Shown: piece after piece, positions 7,685 to 16,911 of the stretch | How the letters are laid out: the number at the start of each line of letters is the position of its first letter | Position numbering within the stretch: position 1 is the stretch's first letter | Assembly (NCBI GenBank): GCA_018303285.1 | Contig: JAGVYL010000015.1 | Coordinates: 1-55,811, forward strand | Reading direction: 5' to 3' | Source: Candidatus Woesearchaeota archaeon | Lineage (GTDB): Archaea > Nanobdellota > Nanobdellia > Woesearchaeales > GW2011-AR9 | DNA: 55,811 bases | Notes under the pieces: generated by a model | Databases searched by the model: none | The model's input: only the letters and a program-made list of their open reading frames with translations | Told to the model about the DNA's origin: nothing | Translations under genes and position numbers: made by a program

Positions 7685-7701
7685 TATAGGTGCAAAACCA
7701 A

Positions 7702-8466
7702 TCATTTTTTTGCAACATATAACACATGTCCGCCATAACCAACTAACGAAGTGTCATTAGCGGTTTTTCTTAAATAATCCAACCACAATTCAAATTCTTT
7801 TTCATTAAACTTATTTATTTCGTCCTTTAATAATCTGGAAATTCCATCGGGAGATAATAGCTCTACTTTTTGTAATTTGACTTGTTTAAATAAATCTTCA
7901 ATTTCCGCAATTGTAACAAAGGTAAAAACATTATCTACAAAATGAAAGTCGTTTTTATTTATTATTTTATCATTTAATATTGCCCGGATATTATTCTTAA
8001 AATATTCCCCCACACAACTATAATTCGAAACAAACGCAAATATAATTATTCCATTACGTTTACAGACCCGTATAGATTCTTTAAGTGATTTTAATCTATC
8101 ATTCTTTTTTAGATGATACATTGGACCGAGAGACAAAACAATATCAAATTGTTTATCACCTAACATTTTCAGATTAGTTGCAGTCCCAAGTATCGGCGTT
8201 ATCCTCATGTTGGGGTTTATCCTTGATTTCAAAATGTCTAGATTATGTTTTACAAGTTCTACTGCAGTTACATCATAACCATCTTTTGCAAGTTGAATAG
8301 AATATGCGCCAGTTCCCGCACCTAATTCAAGGATTTTCATCCCCGATTTTAAATATTTTCGAATAGTTTCAAAAGTAAGAATTAACTCCGGTTTATGTGC
8401 TTGGTCTTTTGTCAATCTAAATTCTTCGCAATAACCATAGGCATAATGCTTTATGATTTTTTCCAT
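7702..8466 (-). CDS. Class I SAM-dependent methyltransferase
   Basis: ILELGAGTGAYSIQLAKDGYDVTAVELV (motif I plus acidic loop). The first ATG is at 8466; the track start at 8487 is GTG. Confidence 0.8.
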   Translation of the reverse strand: MEKIIKHYAYGYCEEFRLTKDQAHKPELILTFETIRKYLKSGMKILELGAGTGAYSIQLAKDGYDVTAVELVKHNLDILKSRINPNMRITPILGTATNLKMLGDKQFDIVLSLGPMYHLKKNDRLKSLKESIRVCKRNGIIIFAFVSNYSCVGEYFKNNIRAILNDKIINKNDFHFVDNVFTFVTIAEIEDLFKQVKLQKVELLSPDGISRLLKDEINKFNEKEFELWLDYLRKTANDTSLVGYGGHVLYVAKK

Positions 8467-8562
8467 ACTAATTAGAATCAATAACACTCAGTTTAAATAT
8501 CTTACGAAATGTTTCCCTTTAGGTTTTTTTAGCGATTAAGAATGATTAGACTTAACTGCAAT

Positions 8563-8922
8563 TTAAAGAATATTAACCATATCATTCTTGATATTAACCA
8601 GTCTGAACGGCAGCCCCAAAGTCATTACTGCCAGCAGGACAGCCATATGCTCTTTGCCTGTGCCAGAAACAAAATTCAATCCTGCTTCCCAGCCAGTCAC
8701 TCGGCCGGTCAGCTTCTCCTTAATCGCCAAGCCGATAGTTTCCATCTCTTCTTCGGGATTAATAAGAATATACTCAACTCTTCTATCTTTGATCTTGGCG
8801 TTATCTCTGCCAAATTCATTGGTGACAATGAAAATCTTCTCCCAGGGGCCTTGAGAAACCAGTTTAAAAACTTCGGTCCAAGTGCCTTTTCCTGTGCCCA
8901 AACATACAATCAGATTCGCCAT
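8563..8922 (-). CDS. Small Rossmann-like protein, possibly a CARF/Csa3-N-like fold (weak)
   Basis: LIVCLGTGKG ... KIFIVTNEFG ... LNFVSGTGKEHMAVLLAV resembles the NxTGGTKxM strand-loop of CARF-type domains. Pattern-level only. Confidence 0.45.
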   Translation of the reverse strand: MANLIVCLGTGKGTWTEVFKLVSQGPWEKIFIVTNEFGRDNAKIKDRRVEYILINPEEEMETIGLAIKEKLTGRVTGWEAGLNFVSGTGKEHMAVLLAVMTLGLPFRLVNIKNDMVNIL

Positions 8923-8959
8923 AAGCAGTATTTTCTGGGTTTATTTAAGTAGTTTTCCT

Positions 8960-10081
8960 TCAAAATAAGTGGTGTACAAATTGAAGCAATCTCGGCTCTT
9001 TAAGCAGGGAAGAAAAGAGAATTCTTCCCGGTTTTTCTCGATTATGTTTTTCTAAAATAGGAATTATTTTCTCTTGCCCCATCAATTGCATTAGTTTATT
9101 CCACTCGTCATCGCTCAGTTTATCCATCACTTTCCGCATCTGAAGATGCAGCCACAAATCCCGGCCGATCTCTTTCTTCCAAGTTTGCGCATAACTTTCT
9201 CTTCGTTTTAACGATTCCGCCAAGCATTCAGCTGCTTTCAATCCAGAAATAATTCCCCCTAGTGTAGTAGCCTTTACTTGGGTAGCAGCATCTCCCATCA
9301 AAACTAGTTTATTCTTAATCTCTGTCGGCAGTTTAGGATTATAGACTGGAATGATTCCTCCCTGCCATGCTCTGATTCTTATTTTACTCTTTCTTTTGTC
9401 ATTCAACTCTTTAAGGAAAATATCAAAGTACTGTCGAGGATTATTTCGTACAGCTACCCCAATTCTTGCTGTTTTATTGTCTTCCGGCACCACCCAGGCA
9501 AACAAGCCCGGAGCAAAACGATTGCCGAAGTATGCTTGATAAGCAGAAGGATCAAATTCTCCTGTGGCTACTGCCTGCACTCCGAAAAAGAATTCTCTCT
9601 GGCCGAACAAGCCGAATTGCTGAGCCACTGCGCTGTTCGGCCCGTCTGCTCCCACAACAAAATCCGCAGGAGCATAAATCCTTCGTCCGGCATTGTTGTC
9701 TTTAAATTGCAGCCAGTTATCTTCGGCAGAGATAAACCGGCGGCCGAGATGCAGTTTTGCTCCGTTGTCTACTGCTTTATCCACAAAATACCCATCAAAT
9801 TTGCTGCGGTCTATCACATATTCTTTCTGCTTTATTTCAATTTTCCGGCCGGAAGGAGCAATCAGCTCAATCCGTTCCGTCGTATTCACTAAAAATGACT
9901 GCAAAGATTTTGGCGGCAATCTCAGCTCATCAAAACTGCCGGTAAGCAGGCCGGTGCATTGAATCGGTTTGCCTATCTCTTTATGTTCTTCGCACAAAGA
10001 GACTTCATGTCCTTGAGCGGCCAAAAGAGAAGCAGCATAACCTCCCACAGGGCCGGCTCCAATAACTGCAATTTTAGGCAT
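8960..10081 (-). CDS. Geranylgeranyl reductase family flavoprotein (archaeal lipid saturation type)
   Basis: MPKIAVIGAGPVGGYAASLLAAQGHEVSLCEE (FAD Rossmann) and GKPIQCTGLL. Start set at ATG 10081. Confidence 0.85.
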   Translation of the reverse strand: MPKIAVIGAGPVGGYAASLLAAQGHEVSLCEEHKEIGKPIQCTGLLTGSFDELRLPPKSLQSFLVNTTERIELIAPSGRKIEIKQKEYVIDRSKFDGYFVDKAVDNGAKLHLGRRFISAEDNWLQFKDNNAGRRIYAPADFVVGADGPNSAVAQQFGLFGQREFFFGVQAVATGEFDPSAYQAYFGNRFAPGLFAWVVPEDNKTARIGVAVRNNPRQYFDIFLKELNDKRKSKIRIRAWQGGIIPVYNPKLPTEIKNKLVLMGDAATQVKATTLGGIISGLKAAECLAESLKRRESYAQTWKKEIGRDLWLHLQMRKVMDKLSDDEWNKLMQLMGQEKIIPILEKHNREKPGRILFSSLLKEPRLLQFVHHLF

Positions 10082-10136
10082 AAAGACAAGATGGCAAGAG
10101 AGTTTAAAAGATTGATTAAACAAGAATTCTGTTTTC

Positions 10137-10580
10137 TCAAGCTGGGAACCAAACCCCTGAGGAATCTCTTATCGGAGCATAAGCCTGCAAAGAAGGATTG
10201 GCCAACTCCAGTTTCACTCGTTCATCAATCTCCAGGAAATCTCGTTTTAACAGTTCTTCCAACGTGTATCGTTTATCTTTCGCTTCCGTATCTAACTGTT
10301 GCTTAATCTGGTGTACTCTTTCTCTTTGTCCATACAGATTAATTGTAACTCGGTTCTTATATGGATACCTAACAGTCCAATCGTGCAGGTAAGCCAGCAT
10401 CACTTCTTCCTGCTTAAAGCGATAAACATCGGTGGTATCAGTGTCTTCCCTTCTCGGCCGTTTGCTTAAAGAAACAATCTCAATCTTACCGTTTTCCTTC
10501 ACGCGTCCCATATATTCTCTAAATTCTCGGGGAGAATAAAGGCCGATAGCCTTGCCTTTGTAAGCAGTTAGTTTCATCAT
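10137..10580 (-). CDS. Hypothetical protein
   Basis: 147-aa ORF, co-directional and tightly packed with neighbours. No motif recognised. Confidence 0.5.
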   Translation of the reverse strand: MMKLTAYKGKAIGLYSPREFREYMGRVKENGKIEIVSLSKRPRREDTDTTDVYRFKQEEVMLAYLHDWTVRYPYKNRVTINLYGQRERVHQIKQQLDTEAKDKRYTLEELLKRDFLEIDERVKLELANPSLQAYAPIRDSSGVWFPA

Positions 10581-10650
10581 GTCGAGAAAGTATAATTGAT
10601 TTATTTAGATTGTGAAATTTAAAAACGAGGAGGTTGCATCTTTTTCTGTA

Positions 10651-11082
10651 TCACTGAGAATAATTGCCTAAAGAATAAACGCCACTGCCCCATGATATAT
10701 CTTTAAGTTCTTTTCTTTCTGCATCAGACATCTGTTCGTAAATCCATCCTATCGGTGGGCAAGATGCGTTTTCATCATCGCCAATCAGTTCTGCGATTGT
10801 CACAAAGTTTACTACGTCGGGATTTCCTACGCTGTAAGTGGGAAACCGTTCACAATTCTCTGAAACGTAAGGTTGAATTAGTTCTAAACCTAACCGGACT
10901 CTTCTCCCCCGCCAGTCCGCACGTTCATTATCAAATTTTTCTTCTAATGGAGATTTAGTGTAAGAAACAGTCTTTTTATTATACTCTTCATTACACCCTT
11001 TTCGTGATAACGCCTGCAAAGCACTACCAGCGAAAAAACCGGCACCAATAATTATCAAAGTTTTTTTAGCCATCAATACCAT
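10651..11082 (-). CDS. Hypothetical protein with N-terminal hydrophobic/Rossmann-like segment
   Basis: MAKKTLIIIGAGFFAGSAL at the N-terminus. No further motif. Confidence 0.5.
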   Translation of the reverse strand: MVLMAKKTLIIIGAGFFAGSALQALSRKGCNEEYNKKTVSYTKSPLEEKFDNERADWRGRRVRLGLELIQPYVSENCERFPTYSVGNPDVVNFVTIAELIGDDENASCPPIGWIYEQMSDAERKELKDISWGSGVYSLGNYSQ

Positions 11083-11098
11083 TTTAGTTTATTCTAGT

Positions 11099-11335
11099 TT
11101 AAAGTTTATCACTTAATTCTTTTCGGTCTTCTCTAATCTCTTGTTTTAAAGCTTGGTTCGAAATGATTCTACCTAAAGCGTATACACCCATAAAGAAGAT
11201 GAATTGATAAGGATAAGGAACAAAAAGGGAATCCTCTTGACGAGTAGAAGCTTCTAAAATCATCCCACCGATACCTACCGCTTCTAAGATACTTCCCCAC
11301 CATATATCAAGATTTTTATGATATTGCATAACCAT
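11099..11335 (-). CDS. Small membrane protein
   Basis: 78 aa with two hydrophobic helices (WWGSILEAVGIGGMIL; FIFFMGVYALGRII). Confidence 0.45.
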   Translation of the reverse strand: MVMQYHKNLDIWWGSILEAVGIGGMILEASTRQEDSLFVPYPYQFIFFMGVYALGRIISNQALKQEIREDRKELSDKL

Positions 11336-11390
11336 TTTATATTCTTTCGGGTTTTTTTACAAGATTAAAAAATAAAAAAAAAAGAAATAC

Positions 11391-12671
11391 CTAATAGTAT
11401 TCCTTCACTTTCTCGTCTTCGTCTTTCTTGCCCATTCGGCTGAAGCCGATGATGATTCCTACAATCACCAGTAAGACAACTAAAGCAATCACTGCTACTT
11501 CAAGTCCTTTTCTTAACTTGCTGTAGTCAGCATCATTGCTGGCAGTCTTCACTACATTGGCCTTAAGACTGAACTGCTTCAGGACTTTCTCGCTGTTCTT
11601 CACAGTTACGCTGAAGATTTTTTCTCCTGCTTCAGCGGCTTCTTTGGCAGTGACATAAGCATAGGCTACTTTAGTTTCACCAGGAGCTAAGACGAAAAGA
11701 TTCTCGCTTAACTTAGCGTCAGCCCAATCTCCAGCCACTAACTCTAAAGCATAAGTCTGGGAAGCTTTTCCTTCATTGGTCAAGGTGATGGGATACATTG
11801 CCTGACTGCCGCCTGCAACCACATTCTGAGATTCCGGACCAGCAGTTAACACAAGCTTCTCGCCTGCAGTTTCCTGTTGAGCAGTTTCTCCCTCTAAAAC
11901 TTCCAAGGTGTAAGTCTTAGCAGTTACTTCTTTCATGTTGTCGTATTTGACAGTTACCTGAACCGGATACTTGCCGGCTTTGGCATCAGACGGAATCTTT
12001 AAGTAAAGTTCCTCTGTAATCTGAGTGTCATCAGCTTCTAAAGCATCGATGTAGTCAGAGGTGCTCACTCCCAATTCTGAGATAGAAGCAGTCACTTTGA
12101 CGTTTTCTTCATCTTTAACTCCGAAGTTCTCTACAACAACTTTTGCCTGTAAAGCTTTTCCTGCCTTTAATTTTAAGGAAGGGGAAAAGTCAGTGTCTTT
12201 AATTTCTACGCCGTGTCTTACTGCATCAACATAGATCTTAACGACTTTTTCCACAGCATCATGGTTCTTATCAGTGATTCTTACTCGCAAAAGATATTCA
12301 TCTTGGTCTAACTCTTTAGGTAGATTCAAGGAGAATTTCTTGTAGTAAGTTTTTCCTTCTTTCATATCAAATACATGGGTGGTGCCCACAAGAGGCTCGT
12401 AATCAGAGTATTCATAACCCTTAATGGAAGCTTCTACTTCTACGTCCTTAGCTTCACCAGTGGCCTTTAAACCAACTTCTACTTCAAGAGAGTCTCCTTC
12501 CTCGAAGTCAGTAACCTCAGTGACTAAGTCACCGTTGTCATTGAAGTCTACGTCATTGCCGTTGACTTCCATGCTCTTCACTTCTACCGGCATCGGAGAA
12601 GCAGAGGCGCTGGCTACTAAGAAAAAGCTCAGCACGACTAACGCAAATACACTCAAAATTTTATTCATCAT
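11391..12671 (-). CDS. Cell-surface protein with CARDB/Ig-like repeats and a C-terminal TM anchor
   Basis: Signal peptide MMNKILSVFALVVLSFFLVASASA and repeated beta-rich modules (...GKYPVQVTVKYD...). C-terminal anchor AVIALVVLLVIVGIIIGF followed by a charged tail. Confidence 0.75.
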   Translation of the reverse strand: MMNKILSVFALVVLSFFLVASASASPMPVEVKSMEVNGNDVDFNDNGDLVTEVTDFEEGDSLEVEVGLKATGEAKDVEVEASIKGYEYSDYEPLVGTTHVFDMKEGKTYYKKFSLNLPKELDQDEYLLRVRITDKNHDAVEKVVKIYVDAVRHGVEIKDTDFSPSLKLKAGKALQAKVVVENFGVKDEENVKVTASISELGVSTSDYIDALEADDTQITEELYLKIPSDAKAGKYPVQVTVKYDNMKEVTAKTYTLEVLEGETAQQETAGEKLVLTAGPESQNVVAGGSQAMYPITLTNEGKASQTYALELVAGDWADAKLSENLFVLAPGETKVAYAYVTAKEAAEAGEKIFSVTVKNSEKVLKQFSLKANVVKTASNDADYSKLRKGLEVAVIALVVLLVIVGIIIGFSRMGKKDEDEKVKEYY

Positions 12672-12701
12672 TTTATTTTCCCCCCATGTTTTGGTTGAGT
12701 T

Positions 12702-12722
12702 TTATCGACTTATTATCGACTT
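12702..12722. repeat. Tandem 10-nt direct repeat TTATCGACTT x2 (1-nt spacer) in the leader of the 11391-12671 gene
   Basis: Perfect copies at 12702-12711 and 12713-12722, 31-51 nt upstream of the minus-strand start at 12671. Confidence 0.8.
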
Positions 12723-12797
12723 TAAGACAGATTTTTTATTCAAATCCATCTTTCTTTATAAACCTTTCGCACGCTTTAGTATTTTAAAGTAGTTAAT

Positions 12798-15700
12798 CTA
12801 TTTTACCTCAACAGTACGATAGGCAACATTATACACTAAATCATTACTGACGGTAATCTTTACATCATATTCTCCAGCATCGATTCCTTCCGGAAGCTCC
12901 AAGGAAATCTGTTTGCTTATCTGCTTGTTCTTCTTGATATCAAACAGGCCGCTGATCTTCTTGATGCCTAATTCTGGGATAGATAGAGTGATGGTCACAT
13001 CTTTCATCTTCTGATATCCGCTGTTGACAATGTCTACTTTAGCAATCAAGGAATCGCCGGCAGAAACTTCATCTTCTTCGAAATAGATGTTGTCAAAACC
13101 CAGCTTATTGTTCTGGCCGCCCACCATTATATAATACACTTGCTGTTCAAGCATTTCTCCATCATAGGCTTCAATCACTACCTTGAACTGGCCGTTCTTT
13201 TCTACTTTCCAGGTTATCATACTGTTAGTATCCATTTCCATCCCTTCGGGTCCAGTTTTCAAACTCAAAGCCACAATCTCTCCTTCAGGATCTTTGGCTT
13301 TCACAGTGTACTGATAGGTTTTCCCCAAAGTAGCTTCTGTCGGAGCAACAGTGATAAAATACGGCTTCTTGTTGATTGTCGGTTTAGGCTCCTCTTTGGC
13401 CACCACTTTCAAGCTGACAGTTTGGCTGTCGCTTTCTTGGCCATCGCTTACAGTAAATGCTAGTTCATATTCTCCTGCATCTCCTTTAGCTGTCTGCCAA
13501 GAGAAAGCCCAAGTATGGTCTCCAACTTTTTCTACAGAGCCGACAGTATTATCTGCAGCTAGAGTCAGTTCATTTAAATCAATATCTTCTGCATCCAGAT
13601 AGAAAGACACCAAATCGCCTTCATAATAAAATTCAGGCAAGCCAGTTACTTCTTTCAGAACCGGAGCGTTATTCTCGGAAGGAATAACTGTTTCATCAGA
13701 AATTATAATGGTGAACTCCTGAGGAGCAGAGTCTTCTGTGCCGTCAAAAGCCACAAAGCTTACAGCCACTTCTCCTGCTTCTTTCGGTGTCCAGGTGATT
13801 TCTCCTGTTGCTCCATTCATGCTCATCTCTTCAGGTAAGCTAGTCTTGGCTATGAAAGTGATCAAATCTTCATCTTCGTCTACTGCAGTCAACTGATAAG
13901 TATAAGTTTCTCCTACAGTCGCTTCAGTACTAGGATTAGAGGTGATCATTGGTGCATGATTTTCAGGCAAGGGAGTTTCTTTAGTTACTTCTACATTTAA
14001 AGTTCCTTGAACTCCAGCTTTACCATCGGATAACTGGAAGATCACTGGGAAATTGCCGACAGTATTTGGCTTCCAGCTGAACAGCCACATATTTTTGCCG
14101 GCAGTAGTCAAACTCATGCCTTTAGTATTCATATTTAATATTTTTAAAGCAAGAAGCTCTTTGTCTTGGTCATAACCAGTAACAAGCTTGCTCACAGTTT
14201 CTCCTAATTTAATTTGCACCGTATCGAGCTCATTAAGTACCGGAGCATGATTTTCCGGCACAGGCTCTTCTTTCTTCTTGATGGCCAGAGTATAGATCTG
14301 TGAACCAGAATCTTTGCCATCGCTGACTTTGACTGCCACGTGATATTTTCCTTCTTTGATAGGAGTCCAGGCAATCATTCCGGTTTTACTGTTGATACCC
14401 ATTCCAGCCGGAGCAGCAGTCAAAGAGTAAGTTAATTTATCTCCTTTGTCAGCATCTAAAGCTCTAACATCATAAGTATACTTTGTGTTGACATAACCTT
14501 CTGAAACAGGTTTAGACGTGATTGTGGGTTTATGATTTCCCGGAATTGGTTTGTCAGTTACAGTAATCACAAACTTGTCAGAATCGCCTACTTTCTTGTC
14601 GGAAACATAAACATTGTATTCATAGACTCCTTCTTTGTCTGCAGTTCCTTTAAGCAGTCCAGTGGAAGCATCAATCTGCAGCCAGGTGGTGCCGGGAACT
14701 AAACTATAATCCAGCTTATCACCGTCTTCATCTGTGGCTTTGACTTGATAGCTGAAAACTTTTCCTTCTTCAAATGTTTGGTCGGGAATATTCTCTAATT
14801 CAGGAGCATGATTAACCTGAGGCTCAGCTTTATCTAAAACAGTAAGATCTACGTTCTGGCTGTTGCTGCCTTCAAAAGCATCTTTAGCAGTAAATGTTAA
14901 TTTATATTTTCCCGACTGTGATTTAGTGGGAGTCCAAGTAAAGGAAGCTTCTCCTTTATTATTAATTGTCAACTCTTTATCTACTAACGGTCCATTGGGA
15001 AAGAAGAAATTAAAGAAGCCAAAGAAACCGGTTAATTTTTTTTCTAGTTTAACATTTAGAGTTGCTTTATCTTTGTCTTGGTCATTGACTTGAAGTTTGA
15101 CTGATAAAGTTTCTTCTTCAGTCAAAATTTTTCCCGGCGTCATTTCCACCAGATTAACTGCAGGATTCTGATTGGTATCTTTAACTGTAAATTTTACTTC
15201 GTCTTGATCTTTAAGCAAACCATCACTGGCAGAGAAAATTAAATCAATCACTGCCTCTTTGCTTGGATGTTTTACTAGGTCATAACCAGGATTCCAAATG
15301 AAGACACCAGTTTCTTCATTGAAAGAAGCGCCAGACAAACCAGGTTTGTCTATAGTCTGATAGCCAGGAGTAGAGATAAAATATGAATAAAGGATCTTGT
15401 CCTTGTTTTCATCAGTAGCTTTCAATTGAAAAGTCAAACTTTCCCCTTCAACGAAAGTCATATCATTAACCGGAGATAAAATCGGAGCTTTATTATTTGA
15501 TTGAGGAAGGGCATCCTTCTCATCATTATCCTGATTGTTGCTGCATCCAGCATCTTGAAGGTCAACCTTGCCGTCTCCATCATTATCTTTTCCATCAGTG
15601 CATTGAGGCAAAGCAGCTTTCCCTTCAACTGTTAAATACAATACCGATGCATCACTGCCGTCAATGGCTTGGGCAGAGATCAGGATAGTATACTCTCCAG

Positions 15701-16022
15701 CTTTCAATTCGCTGGTCTCTACAGATACTTTATTGAAAAAGCCATCCATATTGGCGTTCATTTTCTCACCAAAGGCTAAAGTTTCTATAGCTTTTCCATC
15801 GCTGCCAAGAAGATCAGCTTGATAATCAAACTTCTTCGCACTGAGGATGACAAAAGCAAATTCCGCATTTTTTCCTTGTTCTACTGCCAGATTCTTGCTT
15901 CCAGATTCCATCCAATAGGAAGAGACGGCTAATGTACTAGCCGCAGCAAAAGTCGGCAGCAAAGAAAAGACGAACATCAATACTATGCATATTGACAATA
16001 ATTTTTGGAATCTGTTTTTCAT
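12798..16022 (-). CDS. Large secreted adhesin-like protein with about 8 cadherin-like/putative-Ig (He_PIG/CADG-type) repeats
   Basis: Signal peptide ...LLPTFAAAS and a Ca-binding-like CTDGKDNDGDGKVDLQDAGC. Recurring ~95-aa units begin N(H/K/N)(A/K)P and contain xYxYxVxAxDxDxDxLxYSL...G.I.W.P. A C-terminal CARDB-like module follows. Confidence 0.85.
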   Translation of the reverse strand: MKNRFQKLLSICIVLMFVFSLLPTFAAASTLAVSSYWMESGSKNLAVEQGKNAEFAFVILSAKKFDYQADLLGSDGKAIETLAFGEKMNANMDGFFNKVSVETSELKAGEYTILISAQAIDGSDASVLYLTVEGKAALPQCTDGKDNDGDGKVDLQDAGCSNNQDNDEKDALPQSNNKAPILSPVNDMTFVEGESLTFQLKATDENKDKILYSYFISTPGYQTIDKPGLSGASFNEETGVFIWNPGYDLVKHPSKEAVIDLIFSASDGLLKDQDEVKFTVKDTNQNPAVNLVEMTPGKILTEEETLSVKLQVNDQDKDKATLNVKLEKKLTGFFGFFNFFFPNGPLVDKELTINNKGEASFTWTPTKSQSGKYKLTFTAKDAFEGSNSQNVDLTVLDKAEPQVNHAPELENIPDQTFEEGKVFSYQVKATDEDGDKLDYSLVPGTTWLQIDASTGLLKGTADKEGVYEYNVYVSDKKVGDSDKFVITVTDKPIPGNHKPTITSKPVSEGYVNTKYTYDVRALDADKGDKLTYSLTAAPAGMGINSKTGMIAWTPIKEGKYHVAVKVSDGKDSGSQIYTLAIKKKEEPVPENHAPVLNELDTVQIKLGETVSKLVTGYDQDKELLALKILNMNTKGMSLTTAGKNMWLFSWKPNTVGNFPVIFQLSDGKAGVQGTLNVEVTKETPLPENHAPMITSNPSTEATVGETYTYQLTAVDEDEDLITFIAKTSLPEEMSMNGATGEITWTPKEAGEVAVSFVAFDGTEDSAPQEFTIIISDETVIPSENNAPVLKEVTGLPEFYYEGDLVSFYLDAEDIDLNELTLAADNTVGSVEKVGDHTWAFSWQTAKGDAGEYELAFTVSDGQESDSQTVSLKVVAKEEPKPTINKKPYFITVAPTEATLGKTYQYTVKAKDPEGEIVALSLKTGPEGMEMDTNSMITWKVEKNGQFKVVIEAYDGEMLEQQVYYIMVGGQNNKLGFDNIYFEEDEVSAGDSLIAKVDIVNSGYQKMKDVTITLSIPELGIKKISGLFDIKKNKQISKQISLELPEGIDAGEYDVKITVSNDLVYNVAYRTVEVK

Positions 16023-16095
16023 TTTGTTTTTACCTCACTGTTTTTTACTGTGAGGTTCCGAAACCTCAGTTTCGATACCTCACAACTAAAAAAAA
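16023..16095 (-). promoter_or_regulatory. Intercistronic leader with three SD-like GUGAGGU/CUGAGGU copies and one anti-SD-like ACCUCAC (alternative hairpins)
   Basis: Minus-strand RNA: UUGUGAGGUAUCGAAACUGAGGUUUCGGAACCUCACAGUAAAAAACAGUGAGGUAAAAACAAAAUG. ACCUCAC can pair either with the start-proximal GUGAGGU or with the upstream CUGAGGU(U) (UCGG loop). Confidence 0.35.
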
Positions 16096-16911
16096 TTAAA
16101 ATTTATATCTAATTTCAAATATGCCTTGAGCAGATTTACTGCGAGTGCTGTATCCTCCTTCAACACCGAGGCGTAAGTTTCTCAAGGTTCTTACATTAAG
16201 ACCGCCATGAAGATTAGCACCATACCAAGTTTCGGTATTTGTGGTAGAATCTCCAATAGTTTTCTTGCCGTCCAATTGCTGGCCGTCTTTGGTTAATCTC
16301 ATAGATCCAGTATAATCTTTATGAGTAGTTCTTTGACCAATCAAGGCATCCACTCCTGCGCCAAGATCAAATCTTCCTCTGCTGTAGGTTACCTCAGGAC
16401 CAACTGCAACAAAATCTTTTTTTTCAACAGTAGTCTTAGTTACATCCGCAGTTGTTTTCTGTACATCGCCTGGCAAAGTGGCTGTTTGTATCCCGCTTTT
16501 GTCAGTGTCAGTATCGACATCTGCACTCTGGAAGATTGCAGCAGCTCTTAAACCTGGAGTCCATCGGCCAATTTGATAGCCAGCAGAAACTCCTAATCGT
16601 CCTTGGTTTTCCGCATCGTTAGAAAAAGCATAGGCCGCAAAAGGAGCAAAGACGAATTCTCCGCCTTGCTTGACTATTGTGTTTTGGCCGCAGCCGACTT
16701 TCAATAAACGGGCTCTCTCTTGCTCAAACAACTCTTTGCTTTGGTCATAAAGTCTAATTTTTTCGTCTAACTGCTCAGTAAGATTTCCAATAGGTTTTTC
16801 TGTCGGAGCAGTAAGTCCTTGTGTCAACGCTTGGGCAGTAGTAGCTTCTTCTAATGCCGGAGCGGTAGTCGGTTCTTCTTCTTGTCTAAACCAGCATAAG
16901 CTTTCTTGCAC
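16096..16911 (-). CDS. C-terminal beta-barrel segment of a frameshifted surface protein (OMP_b-brl-like, ends ...GIFEIRYKF)
   Basis: Alternating amphipathic strands (GVSAGYQIGRW, FVAVGPEVTYSRG, WYGANLHGGLNVR, LRLGVEGGYS) and a terminal beta-signal with Phe. This ORF has no signal peptide of its own and overlaps 16851-17357 in another frame. Confidence 0.6.
   Translation of the reverse strand: MQESLCWFRQEEEPTTAPALEEATTAQALTQGLTAPTEKPIGNLTEQLDEKIRLYDQSKELFEQERARLLKVGCGQNTIVKQGGEFVFAPFAAYAFSNDAENQGRLGVSAGYQIGRWTPGLRAAAIFQSADVDTDTDKSGIQTATLPGDVQKTTADVTKTTVEKKDFVAVGPEVTYSRGRFDLGAGVDALIGQRTTHKDYTGSMRLTKDGQQLDGKKTIGDSTTNTETWYGANLHGGLNVRTLRNLRLGVEGGYSTRSKSAQGIFEIRYKF

Noticed and set aside
8542-10306. 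Multiple plus-strand ORFs (8542-8952, 8588-8854, 9351-9539, 9466-9705, 9536-9892, 9693-9962, 9757-9945, 9959-10306)
   Set aside because: They are shadow ORFs antisense to well-supported minus-strand genes (the CARF-like protein and geranylgeranyl reductase). Their sequences are low-complexity, Ser/Leu/Arg/Cys-rich and carry no motifs.
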